Assembly (NCBI GenBank): GCA_030141605.1 | Contig: JAQGDQ010000798.1 | Location: 1 to 31,869, forward strand | Origin: Tubiluchus corallicola | Lineage: Eukaryota > Animalia > Priapulida | Direction: 5' to 3' | Length of the DNA: 31,869 nucleotides | Part shown: piece after piece, positions 1-11,712 of the stretch | How the letters are laid out: each line of letters begins with the position of its first letter | How positions within the stretch are numbered: position 1 is the stretch's first letter | Notes under the pieces: model-generated | What the model was told of the DNA's origin: nothing | Database searches by the model: none | The model's input: only the letters and a program-made list of their open reading frames with translations | Program-made: the position numbers and the translations under genes

Positions 1-81
1 GACTGGTAGCGATTTGGCGTATAGGGTGCACTGTAACTACGAACTAGGCGAGAAGACAGTAGCCAGTGACGTCACTGTCGA
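1..81 (+). CDS. ZP-domain (cuticlin-like) protein, exon A (5'-partial; end of ZP-N)
   Basis: Frame from base 2 reads TGSDLAYRVHCNYELGEKTVASDVTV, resembling the cuticlin ZP-N end (D-x-A-Y-x-V-x-C-x-Y...KTV). Donor GA|GTAAG at 81/82 is phase 2 and matches the next exon. Confidence 0.8.
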
Positions 82-215
82 GTAAGAGCGCTAAAATTTC
101 AAATATTCATCTTTATATGAGTTTATTGACGTGTCCAAAAAACTAAATCAGTGTTTAGAAAAGTAACGCTAGGTACTCGCTGTGTAACTGCTAGTGCACA
201 GTAGTTTAGATTGCA

Positions 216-326
216 TTGATGCATTTGCCTTCAGCAGTGTAAGTTTTTATTAACTAACACTGATTTATCATCTCTGTAAAGTTTTTATTCAGTGATTACC
301 AATGTATTTTAATGGCAAATAAAGAT
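216..326 (+). repeat. Dispersed repeat fragment, inverted copy at ~13881-13992
   Basis: gcatttgccttcagcagtgtaagtttttattaactaacactga...cagtgattaccaatgtattttaatggcaaataaaga is the near reverse complement of 13881-13992. Confidence 0.8.
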
Positions 327-327
327 T

Positions 328-329
328 AT

Positions 330-377
<48 letters not shown>

Positions 378-461
378 AAAAAAAAAAAAAAAAAACCATA
401 TATTATATACAATATTACTATATTACTAAAAAAAAATTATATTTATATATATATATATATA
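328..461. repeat. (TA)n microsatellite, poly-A and AT low-complexity tract
   Basis: Long TATATA run, then a long A run, then more TA. Possibly error-prone assembly. Confidence 0.9.
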
Positions 462-551
462 GTAACACCACTTACATTTGGTATAGAAATGCCACCCAAC
501 GGTATGGCTGCATTTTCACTTATTCACATTGTATATCTTTGCTTTTTCCAG

Positions 552-706
552 TATGGTCTCTACCACCATTCTGCCATCTGCTGCTCCACTGCTGCCGGAC
601 GCCTTCCTCCGAATTAAGCTTGGTGATAGCCCAGACGATCCAGTCGTTACAACATCTGTCAGTCTCGGAACAACAATTACATTTGTCATAGAAATTGGAG
701 CTAGTG
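552..706 (+). CDS. ZP-domain protein, exon B (linker and start of ZP-C)
   Basis: Acceptor tttttccag at 551. Reads (D)MVSTTILPSAAPLLPDAFLRIKLGDSPDDPVVTTSVSLGTTITFVIEIGAS. Donor G|GTACG at 706/707, phase 1. Confidence 0.85.
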
Positions 707-1353
707 GTACGACTGCTTTTTTAAATCATTTTGTAAATTATTTATTTGTTTTTTTTGCTTCCTTACTTGCTACCGGTTGGCTAGTCTGCTGATCGATTGA
801 TTGATTAACTGGCGCATTTGTTGGCAGGCTGCATAGTCAGTCTTTAATTGCTTGGCTGGTGGGAGAGTAAGCAACCATGTGTCATTATCACGAAAATTTA
901 AGGCAATAAAATATCATATGTTGATGCTTCTTTAGAATCTATTTAGATTTAAACTGCAAGAACGCAAGCGCCATAGCAGCTTAAAATCCATCAAAAAACG
1001 TTGAAGCGCACGTTACCACAAATACATTTTAGTCTGATATCACTGAATATCACTAAAGGCATCTAGTGTACGAAAACCAGATGTAAAAAAGTACGTTTAA
1101 TGTTCGTAATTTATCAATAGTTACATTAATTCTCAGTCTGATCGTTGATAGATTCCAACATACAAACACGAATACCAATTATTGATAATTACTGCCTAGA
1201 GTAAAAAGTACGTCTAAGATTTTTATACATTATATTAGTTTTAAAGCTATAAATGTTACATATGCAGCATAGTGGCTTTTCGGGTCGAGTTGCTTACGTA
1301 TGTGAAATCTGCATATTTACCCCCACCGAGGTCTTTTTTTCCACAATGGAGAG

Positions 1354-1801
1354 TAAGGAACAAGAAAAGGCCTAGTTAAAGCAAGTATCAGAAAATTTTC
1401 GCTAAAGAATTATAACGGTTAGAGTTAAACTTAAGCATTTATCATACTCACGTTACAAGAATTTCCTGTTAGTTTTCATTTTAAATACGCCCGCGAGACT
1501 GTCACGGCGCCGCCATATTAGATGGCGTCACAGAACCACAACACAAATCTTTATAGTACACGTGCTCGGAACTCACTGCGACTGTGTTCCAGTGATGTCA
1601 TACCACGTGATCAGTCACATGCTGGCTTTTCAACTGACGGACTAAATGAAACATGTTTGCGCCAACGTTTACTGCAGCGGTTGAAATATTTTACAAAAAT
1701 TGGAGTAAAAGGAAAATGTGAGTACTTTATTCGCTCAAGATTATACTTAGGTGATGTATTTTTTATTGCGAATTTTCGGAGGCTTACTTTGGTTGGCCAT
1801 T
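1354..1801 (+). mobile_element. Non-autonomous DNA transposon (Kolobok-like MITE family 1), copy in ZP intron
   Basis: Highly similar to the reverse complement of 7582-8033 (ORFs 1522-1812 and 7724-7921 give near-identical text). Starts taaggaacaagaaaaggcc; right terminus is eroded. Confidence 0.75.
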
Positions 1802-1892
1802 ACTTCAAGTAATTTTACTATTACAAATATTACCAAAACACCGCCAGGCATGCATAAACAGTTAATATTATACGAATTTACTTGCGCTTCAG

Positions 1893-2128
1893 ATGTGTAC
1901 GGGTTTACTGTGAACTTCTGCTTTGCCCACGATGGTATGGACATGATGAGAATGATGATCATTGATGAAGAAGGCTGCGCAACTGATCCTGACATTTTCG
2001 GAGAGCTTATTTACGATCCAGACAACTTCAGAGTGTACGCCCCATCCGCAGCCCACAAATTCCCAACAGCCAACCAGGTTTATTACCAGTGTTATGTGAA
2101 ACTTTGCCTCCTCGGCCAATGCGAAGAA
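1893..2128 (+). CDS. ZP-domain protein, exon C (ZP-C core)
   Basis: Acceptor cttcag at 1892. Reads DVYGFTVNFCFAHDG...IIDEEGCATDPDIF...AHKFPTANQVYYQCYVKLCLLGQCEE with the ZP-C cysteine pattern. Donor GTAAGT at 2129, phase 0. Confidence 0.92.
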
Positions 2129-2194
2129 GTAAGTATAGGCGTACAAAGCCATACAGTCTAGGCCTTCTATACGAATCTAAGCTTCTGTTATTAA

Positions 2195-2852
2195 AGGACA
2201 AGAAAAGAGGTACCTGAAGTAGGTTACAGAAAAATCGCCTTAAAAAATTATGTTACTTTATAGCAATTTAGTGCATACAGCGTACTATTTATTTTCATTT
2301 TAAATCTCCTGCAATACTGTTCCGACGAGGCCATTACATGATGTCATATACGCACAACGTAAATCAAGGGAAGAAAAGGCAATGTTAAATTATGTCCCAA
2401 AAAACTTTCCATGCAAAGTTATATTACTTAGCATTTCGCTTAACAGCTTGAAAGACTTATATAAATAGAAAAGAAAATTATTAATTATTTAAATGTTTTC
2501 AACAATTCGTAAAATGTCGTTGACTCACCTCCAGGGTGCACCACTCACTAACCAAAAAACGTTTTTAATCTTATTGATAAGCTACAGCAATTTAAAAATT
2601 TACTTAATTAGTGATGTGTGCGCTATGAATGTTCTGATTATTTTTTAAAGTTTACACAATGTTATCTAAGCTTGTTTCAAATGACCTGTCGTCAAAATTC
2701 TGCGTCTAACAGTCATCGCAGGAGATTAAATTTACATATTATTTACAGCGTTACTGCTGATGCAAGCCCTGTGTGCAAAAAGGAAGTACGTAGGTGATAT
2801 AAATTTCAAGACGATTTTTAAGCTTTATGTAAGCGGAGGGTTTTCTAGTGCT
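2195..2852 (+). mobile_element. Non-autonomous DNA transposon (Kolobok-like MITE family 2), TTAA-flanked
   Basis: TTAA|AGGACAAGAAAA ... TTTTCTAGTGCT|TTAA: imperfect TIRs with a TTAA target duplication. A second copy lies at 25030-25623. Confidence 0.78.
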
Positions 2853-2964
2853 TTAAATCGTATCAAAATTCTCTTCGGATGTGTCTGCATTTACATAGTA
2901 ACAAGATTGTCAATTGCCCTCCATAACACTGACACTTAACATTTTTCGCGTTGTTACTTTTTAG

Positions 2965-3088
2965 CCTATATGTCCATCAGAAGGCAGGAAGAAGCGTCAA
3001 GCTCTCGCCGGAAACATCAAGAATGACGATGAACCGGAACTCATTGTTCGCGATGTCCTTATTATTGGAGACTTTGACGATAACGAAG
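2965..3088 (+). CDS. ZP-domain protein, exon D (furin site and external hydrophobic patch)
   Basis: Acceptor ctttttag at 2964. Reads PICPSEGRKKRQALAGNIKNDDEPELIVRDVLIIGDFDDNE; RKKR is a consensus furin site. Donor G|GTACGT. Not in the ORF track. Confidence 0.88.
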
Positions 3089-3538
3089 GTACGTTCAAGT
3101 AGTGGATGACGGTAATGATGCTTTTACGAAGCTATTACGTAATACGTTTCTATCGTTTTCAACAACAGTACATACCAATGAAAATCATCATCATACGCCC
3201 ACAACGTCTATTGTAGACATTGGGCAGGCAGAACTCTAAAATAAAAGAAATCTGCCATTAAGACAGGTAAACACAGCAGTAATCCAGCAAAAAAAACTAG
3301 ACACTGCTATGCCAGTGGGTTGTCAGCAAGATTACTATGGCTTTAGATACTGCCGCAGCCCCATCTACTGGTGAGGCAGTTAAATATTTTACAATGTTCG
3401 GCCACGCTAAGCGCAAATAACAAGATTCTTCAATTTGCTAAATTAATTATATAATTACCGAAGACAGGCATAAGAGTAAATGAATGTTGTTATTTGCCAC
3501 ATTAGTTTTATATATTAATGTTGTAACGTTTTTTCTAG

Positions 3539-3652
3539 TTTACGCCAATGAAGATGGAGTCGTACCACTGTCACAACTGCCAAGCACCACTGTAGTCAAG
3601 AACCCAGACACACAAGACAAAATATGTATGAACATCGTAGCGTTCGCTCTAG
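3539..3652 (+). CDS. ZP-domain protein, exon E (juxtamembrane)
   Basis: Acceptor ttttctag at 3538. Reads VYANEDGVVPLSQLPSTTVVKNPDTQDKICMNIVAFAL. Donor G|GTAAGT; phases 1/1 are consistent. Confidence 0.85.
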
Positions 3653-3995
3653 GTAAGTTTCTAAAATATCCTAAAAGTCATTTTGTGTGTCAGGTTAGTT
3701 ATCCAACACCAAATTTCTGATAGCTTGATAACAGATGGCGCTCGACTTGCACTTGTTAATAAAATACTTATTTCACAAAGTACCCAAACTATTTAGAAAA
3801 TAATTACTGCACTTATAACGTAACGTATTATAGCTCTATAATTGAAAACTAACAGCTTAATTACTGCATTATTGGTTATAAAAGGATTATTTAATCTTAA
3901 ACGTAGCGAATACATTTATTTCGACTCCGAAATACCACATCTCATCACAAAAACACTGATGTACGTTTATTTTGAAATTTGTTTATTTTTTTCAG

Positions 3996-4123
3996 CTATT
4001 GCATTGTTTGCCGGTATTTTCTTGTTGTCAACGGTGATTAACGTTGTCACCCTGTGTGCCAGGTCACGATCCAGGAAGGGATCACAATTCAGTTCAACAT
4101 ACGACAACCCAAGCTACCAATAA
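3996..4123 (+). CDS. ZP-domain protein, terminal exon (TM helix and cytoplasmic tail)
   Basis: Acceptor tttttcag at 3995. Reads AIALFAGIFLLSTVINVVTLCARSRSRKGSQFSSTYDNPSYQ*: hydrophobic helix, basic stop-transfer, stop TAA at 4121-4123. Confidence 0.88.
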
Positions 4124-6321
4124 ACCATCTCAGAACAGTACTTATTACCTGCTTATAAAAAAAAGTATTTCCGTGCGAACAAAATGCTTCTGCTTACGGG
4201 AAGCGTTTCGTTTGCTCAGCAAAGACAAAATGCAAACTTCTCAAAATCTGCTTCTACTTTACGAATTTTGGCGAGAAGAAAAATATCTTGATAGCTTTGA
4301 AGAAGGAAGAAGTATTCTTACTCGTAGTGTCCAGCTACTAGCTACTTATTCTGTGATCTAGTGGACTGTGTCCACATGTTAACCGCATTTTGTATAGATT
4401 AATTTTATAAGCCCTATGAGGCAGCTATTGTGAGACATTTTGGGGCGTTGCATGTCATATTTTCGCTATACATAAGACACTCGTCATACAGTGATTGCAT
4501 TGTTGATTATTGAACGAAAACCAGTTCCAGGCAGTACGTTCAATAGCTCTGAATTTATGTATAATGAGATGTATGATGTTTTATAAAGAACGGCTTTTGC
4601 ATTGTGCACTCATTAGACAGGAGGGCCTAATCATGAATACGTATGATTAGAACTGCAAATGAAGCTAAAGTCTGCACGTTCTTTTTACCAAACACTTTCG
4701 TGTATCTTTGTACATAGCTCTGAAAATGTCATTCTCAAATGTAAATATTGCATTTAGAAGGTCTATGTTATCTTTCAGGCTAGCTTGGGTACAGTGAAGC
4801 CAGGTGTATTAATTCTAGAGTGACATTATTCATTTTGAATTACCTGTAGAGTTTGTTGACATGCTTGGTCGCTCTTGTATTGAGTGGTTTAGATAGCTTT
4901 AGAATAGAAAAAAATCCTGTTTTAGTAGTATAGTAGTTGTGAGTTCAGTAGGCCACTGTTGTAGAACCAGTATGTCTTTTTGTGATTTCTGAAGATTGGC
5001 TTGAAATTTGTTATACAGATCCTCAAACGTTTGTAAGTTTATTTATTTGCTTAATAGTTTCTGTTAGTGTTTATTTGATAATAATTCTTTTCATCTCTAG
5101 CCATTGCCTAATTATTGATTTTTTGCAACTGTTTAAAGTGCATGCGTATGCGCGTGTTTTTGTGTAGGCGTGCATGTGTGTGCATGTGCATGCTGATTTG
5201 TGAATATGTTAGGAAGTTTGTTGGTTAGCAAATTTTTGCGTTTGTTTTGTAATGCCATATGTAATGGTTTAATTTTGAATCATCTTCTGCTTCAGTGTGC
5301 TTGTTGTTAATTTGTTAACGCTTGTTTCTCATTTACTCGCACATTTACTGTTGCTTTATTTTTGTTGATATTCTTTTTTCTTGTTCTATTGCAGTTTCAC
5401 CTTCTTCTTTTTTACAATGAGTGGAAAATGAAAATAAAATCTGTAAAACAAATAGCCAGTTTTCTACAGACTATATTATTATTATTATGGATCTCCATAG
5501 CGCATGTGCACGCACGTTTGTCTTAGTGATGTGATAATTTTGTTAATGGTTAAATATTGTGTGCTGTTGTTGTATTATGCAAATGCGTGCAAGCAACGTG
5601 GTTGAATTACCCTTTCAATAATTTACTTACATCAGCTAACGTGTAGCAATCTCATAATACTTAATAATACTGATTAAGAAAGCTTTAGCACAGTAGAAAA
5701 AGGGGTGACAAAAATCAAAAAATGAATTGAATTTTGCACATGCAATGAAGCTGAACGTCTAACGACACTAATTACATAGTAAATTATTAATTATTTTTGC
5801 TCATCTGGCATTTCCGTGCCAAATCGTGAAAAAAAATTATTATAATTATTGTTTGACTGACATTTCAGCGTGTCTTGAGCAATACATTTGTATACAATAA
5901 TAATAATTTTGTAGTACGATAATAAGTGGTTGTTGTATAGTGAAAAGTAGCGAATCAATATCAAAGATGTGTGCGAGTGTTAAACTTAACCTTGTTGAAG
6001 TCAATCCGTAGCAAGAGAAAGACTTGTAAAATAATAAAGAGCAATAGTAACATACTGTGCATATGCATGCCATAATGAGATTATTAAACCACACTGTCTG
6101 GTTTATTCTATGTATATGTAAGTATGATTAATAGAGTTTATTTTTGTGTAATATATCACATGGGAAAATGAACATGTGTGTATATAAGGTTTGTGATGTT
6201 CCCAGAAATAAACATTTTTTATTTCTGTAACCCCACGTGTTTGCGTTATCATTTTCTAACAGTCATAGACTTGAACGCATAAGTTTTTAACACTAAAGTA
6301 ATCAAAGGCATCAGTCTTATG

Positions 6322-6445
6322 CATTATTATTACTGTTATTATTATTATTATTATCATCATCATCAGCATCATCATCACCACCATCATCATCATCATCACC
6401 ACCACCATCATCATCATCATCATTATCATCATCACCATTATTATT
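6322..6445. repeat. (TAT)n/(CAT)n/(CAC)n trinucleotide microsatellite
   Basis: Visible directly in the sequence. Confidence 0.95.
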
Positions 6446-6569
6446 ACAATGTAGCTACAACAGAGCCGTAGCAAATTCTCGAATAACTGACAAAGGAAAA
6501 AGATTTCTGCCAAAAAACAAGATTAATATAAGCAATACTTCAAATTTCGAATGGGAAGTGAAATTAAAG

Positions 6570-7040
6570 TAGAAAGCAACAAGCAATGCATGCTTTTCTT
6601 CAGCACAAGAATGTGTTAACTAGCAAGAAATTAAGTCTTGACATAAGACTTTGATTATTTAATACTTACGTTACCAGCATATTTATGTACAAGTTTGACA
6701 CATGATTAACGATTACTCAAGAAAAGCAGGTTGACACATTTCATAGAAGTCTTTTTAGGAAAGATTTAAAGATAAGATGGCCATACATAATCAAAAATAA
6801 AGATTTATACACCAGAACAAAAGAAATTTATTGGAGTTCAAAAGTCAAGATCCAAAGATTAAGATGGCTAGGACATCTTCCAAGATTACCAAATGAAGCA
6901 CCAGTAAGAATAGCCTTAAAAGCCTTAAAACCTTCGAAAAAACCACCTGGAAAACCTAAAGCAACTTGGATAGCTAAGATAAATAAAGATGTTCAACAAC
7001 TTCAACCAAGTCTATCTTTAGGAGTAGAAGAACTTATGAC
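6570..7040 (+). mobile_element. Decayed RTE-clade non-LTR retrotransposon 3' fragment
   Basis: Translates with stops to ...LFNTYVTSIFMY...KQVDTFHRSLFRKDLKIRWPYIIKNKDLY...RLRWLGHLPRLPNEAPVRIAL...PPGKPKATW, typical of the post-RT region of RTE LINEs. Confidence 0.75.
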
Positions 7041-7581
7041 AAATAAATCAGTCATTTGCAAACTTTCAACAGATATATGTAAGTTTTATCATGCAAAAAA
7101 TGCAGTGCGCTTATTACGAGACTACAGTGTCCTTGCCACGAAATGCCAGGCCCAAGTTTGGCTGATTTGGCGTCGGTGACCTTGGAAATATAATGCCAAG
7201 CATTCAGACTGAAACGCTCGGTGCTCCTGAGACGTAGTGTACTTAAAGAAAAGACTGTTTGCCTTCTTAACTACGAGCGCCCCCTGCAAGCAAACTTGGA
7301 AAACTTCACGTTATGTATGTTTCCAGTTCTGCCCATGGTGTGTAACACACCGAAAATGCAAAAACATTACAACTAAATATTAAATCTCTTCCGTGAAATC
7401 TGAAAAAAAAACAATAACGCAGCAATAATGACTAATCTTGTATTTTCAACATTATTAGCAGTATACAAGCACTCACAATTCTTTTGGTGCTCCTACAAAA
7501 TCTACTGAGCTTAATTAGTAGGGACAGAAACTTCCATCTACAATATTTCACAGAAGTGTCTTTAAACACTAGTTAACTTAC

Positions 7582-8033
7582 AGGACAAGAAAATGGCCAA
7601 CCAAAGTAAGCCTCAGAAAATTCGCAATAAAAAGTTATATCACCTAAGTATAATCTTAAGCGAGTAAAATGCTCACGTTTTCGCATTTACTCCAACTTTT
7701 GTAAAATATTTCAATAGCTGCCGTTAACGTTGGCGCAGACATGTTTCATTTAGTCCGCCAGTTGAAAAGCCAGCATGTGACTGATCACGTGGCATGACAT
7801 CACTGGAACACAGTCGCAGTGAGTTCTGAGCACGTGTACTATAAATATTTGTGTTGTGGTTTTTTGACGCAAATATGGCGCCGCCGTGACCGTCTCGCGG
7901 GAGTATTTGAAAAGAAAACAAACAGGAAATTCTTTTAACGTGAGTACGACAAACGCTTAAGATTGCCTCTAGCTGTTATAATTCTTTAGCGAAATGTTCT
8001 GAGACTTGCTTTAACTAGGCCTTTTGCTGTCCT
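7582..8033 (-). mobile_element. Kolobok-like MITE family 1, near-complete copy
   Basis: Left ttac|AGGACAAGAAAATGGCC, right GGCCTTTTGCTGTCCT|ttaa: imperfect TIRs with TTAA-like flanks. Inverted homologue of 1354-1801. Confidence 0.78.
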
Positions 8034-9170
8034 TTAACCTTATTGATAATTACTCATTTGAAAAGCATTATAACTTTGCAGACGTTCTCCAATAAAACAA
8101 CACAAGGCAACAATGAGGACAAATAACTTTTTAATACCATTGCAAATTTGTTAAACGTTTACTATGGACCAAACTGAGTAAAATATACCACAGGCAAACT
8201 CGATTCACTAACCAAAAATGCAAATATTTTCAACTGTAAAATCTGAAACAGGGTAATGCAGTTCTGAATAATGTCAACAATTTTAATTCCACAAAGGTTA
8301 TAAACTGGTTTAACCGATTACTTAGCTAACAATGACTAAGAAATCAACAGGAGTAGGACTGATTGTAGAGCATTACTTCAAGTTCAGAAACAATTATAAC
8401 TCAAGTTCAAAAAGCATTATAACTCGAGCTCAGAAAGCATTATCTGGCAACACTACTAGCATTATACATTCACTAAATTTGTAAATGTACGGTAATAACG
8501 ACATCACTACAACAACATGATATAAAACACGCGTATTTTACTTTTAATGTAGAAAAACGAGAAATTTATCTTGTCATATCGAAAAACTTTTCCAAAAAAC
8601 AGCATAACTATAACGACTGCAGTGTGTACGTACTTGTTCTGAATGAAATTAAAAATAAGTTTCGATTACATTAATCATGTGATTCAAAATGATCCACGCC
8701 ATTTGCCATTACCATGCAGCTATACCTTCCAATGTTCTTTATTACTTAGTTCTAATCACATAATCGATATCGATCCAATCAATATGCAAATATTGACTTG
8801 CTCTCGATTACGTATGGCAATTTTTCGGACCATTACAGAAAAGGCAGTGGCTACAATCTAATTACGATAATACCAATATTGCTCTACTAGCGCCAAGCAG
8901 TGTTTAATATTACATTGTATTCATGAGCAAAAGTTACAATGTTTGAAGTTTTTAGGCAAATATCAAATGTATAATAATTGAAAATACTGGAGGGCAGATC
9001 TTAATTCAGTGTCAATGTACGTTTTATATTTACGTCGACTGTAGCTTATTACAGAAAAGTAAGTATTTATAACAAACTAGGTAAATTGCTGCGCTTATAA
9101 AAGATTGCAATTAACTTACATATAAATTCTTGATTCTATTAGTAAAATTCGCTAGTATTTTTTTCATAAA

Positions 9171-10461
9171 CAGTAAACCATGTGCATCTTACAGCCCAGC
9201 AAGCTGCACAGTACTTGTGCATCTTACAGCCCTGCAAGCTGCACAGTAAATGTGCATCTTACAGCCCTGCAAGCTGTACAGTACAACATGTGCATCCTAC
9301 AACCCTGCAAGCTGCACAGTACATGTGCATCGTACAGCCCAGCAAGCTGCACAGTACATGTGCATCTTACAGCCCAGCAAGCTGCACAGTACATGTGCAT
9401 CTTACAGCCCAGCAAGCTGCACAGTACATGTGCATCCTACAACCCTGCAAGCTGCACAGTACATGTGCATCTTACAGCCCAGCAAGCTGCACAGTACATG
9501 TGCATCTTACAGCCCAGCAAGCTGCACAGTACATGTGCATCTTACAGCCCTGCAACCTGCACAGTAAATGTGCATCTTACAGCCCTGCAAGCTGCACAGT
9601 ACATGTGCATCGTACAGTCCTGAAAGCTGCACAGTACATGTGCATCTTACAGCCCTGCAAGCTGCAGTACATGTGCCTCTTACAGCCCAGCAAGCTGCAC
9701 AGTACATGTGCATCTTACAGCCCAGCAAGCTGCACAGTACATGTGCATCTTACAGCCCTGCAACCTGCACAGTAAATGTGCATCTTACAGCCCTGCAAGC
9801 TGCACAGTACATGTGCATCGTACAGTCCTGAAAGCTGCACAGTACATGTGCATCTTACAGCCCTGCAAGCTGCAGTACATGTGCCTCTTACAGCCCAGCA
9901 AGCTGCACAGTACATGTGCATCTTACAGCCCAGCAAGCTGCACAGTACATGTGCATCTTACAGCCCTGCAACCTGCACAGTAAATGTGCATCTTACAGCC
10001 CTGCAACCTGCACAGTACAACATGTGCATCCTACAGCCCTGCAAGCTGCACAGTACAACATGTGCATCCTACAGCCCAGCAAACTGCACGGTACGTGTGC
10101 ATCCTGCAGCCCTGCAAGCTGCACAGTACATGGGCACCCTACAACCCTGCAAGCTGCACAGTACATGTGCATTCTACAACCCTGCAAGCTGCACAGTACA
10201 ACGTGTGCATCCTACAACCCTGCAAGCTGCACAGTACAACGTGTGCATCCTACAGCCCTGCAAGCTGCACAGTACAACGTGTGCATCCTACAGCCCTGCA
10301 AGCTGCACAGTACAACGTGTGCATCCTACAACCCTGCAAGCTGCACAGTACAACGTGTGCATCCTACAACCCTGCAAGCTGCACAGTACAACGTGTGCAT
10401 CCACAACCCTGCAAGCTGCACAGTACAACGTGTGCATCCTGCAGCCCTGCAAGCTGCACAG
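9171..10461. repeat. 35-bp minisatellite (TGTGCATCTTACAGCCCAGCAAGCTGCACAGTACA), with 33- and 38-bp variants
   Basis: About 36 head-to-tail copies with no unique spacers. Confidence 0.97.
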
Positions 10462-10896
10462 CTTGAACCAAGAGTGCTGTACAAAGATACATCGTGTAAC
10501 GGGAAATATATACAAACACTACTAGCTACTTCAACTATATAAGATCATTTACAATTTAAACATTATGATAATAATACACAACGTGCGAATCTAAAATTGC
10601 TTAATTAACATTTTAAAATCTTTATCTATAATGGTTCTATATATACTGAAAAACTTCAAAAAATTACATGCTTTGCATAACACGGACACTGTAATAATGC
10701 GACGACAGTGAGTTAGGTATATCTCCGCAACTCGCATTTAATTAATTTATTTATTTACACAACAAACAATCAACGATTTTTATATGAAACTATATCAGCC
10801 TTCGTTAATGTCTTGAACACTGCAGATTTTGCACACTTATTATCAGCATGCCAATTAAAATCTATGACAAAGTACGAAACAAAATCATCGCTAACA

Positions 10897-11100
10897 AAAA
10901 AAAAACATTAATTTCCATTATTTAAAAATTGTTCCATGAAATTGCATCTATAAATGTTGAAAAAAAGAAACATTAACTTCCATTATTAAAATAATTGTTC
11001 CATAAAATTGCATCTATAAATGTTGAAAACAAAAAAAAAACATTAACATCCATTATTAAAAAAATTGTTCCATAAAATTGCATCTATAAATGTTGAAAAC
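10897..11100. repeat. ~64-70-bp tandem repeat, 3 copies
   Basis: A(n)cattaaYWtccatta...aattgttccatRaaattgcatctataaatgttgaaaa repeated three times. Confidence 0.9.
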
Positions 11101-11643
11101 TGCTGCATAATCATAATTAAAAACAAAATAATCTTAACACAGCACAATTCTACTACGTTAAAATAAAATCTAAAATCGACCAGCATGAAATTTCGCAGCT
11201 GCCTATTCTAAATACTACTAACGCCGACTGTAACTCACTAAAACCATTAGTAATATATTGTAATTTTTCTCGTGACTAATTCTAGCGGCCTAGCATAAGC
11301 TGGCTTCTTAGGTCTCTAGCGCAGAATCCATGAATTACAACCTGATTTTGTATTAACAACTGGTTATTAATGTACTTGTAATGCATATGTATGTGTTATT
11401 GCGAAATAAATCTATTGAATTGAAAAACAATTGAAAATGAATAATTGCCTAATCTGATAATTTCACATAGGACCTAAACTCGGTGATGCTAGCTGTAACA
11501 AAAATGAAAAAACGAAGAAAAGTATAATGATAAAACTAACATTCTCAGTAAAATAGTTTACTACAAGGTTACAGAAAATTTTCAATGTCAACAATTTCAA
11601 CAAGCTAAGAATTCTACTTTCCGCCGAAGACACCCGAGAATTT

Positions 11644-11712
11644 CCCAAGTCGGGTTTGAACCCACGCCTTAGGTTTGCCGTTTCCACACGTCACGGCCAA
11701 TTGAGCTATCAA
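11644..11712 (-). mobile_element. tRNA-derived SINE head or tRNA pseudogene
   Basis: Minus strand GATAGCTCAATTGGCCGTGACGTGTGGAAACGGCAAACCTAAGGCGTGGGTTCAAACCCGACTTGGG has Pol III A box (TAGCTCAATTGG) and B box (GGTTCAAACCC) at tRNA-like spacing; no clean cloverleaf. Confidence 0.6.

Noticed and set aside
312-617. ORF with poly-YI and poly-K; similarly the poly-Met ORF at 6256-6513
   Set aside because: Translations of microsatellites.
9171-10542. Cys/His-rich ORFs in many frames; superficial CRISPR-like periodicity
   Set aside because: The 35-bp unit is not a multiple of 3, so the same peptides rotate through frames. There are no unique spacers or cas genes, and the context is eukaryotic.
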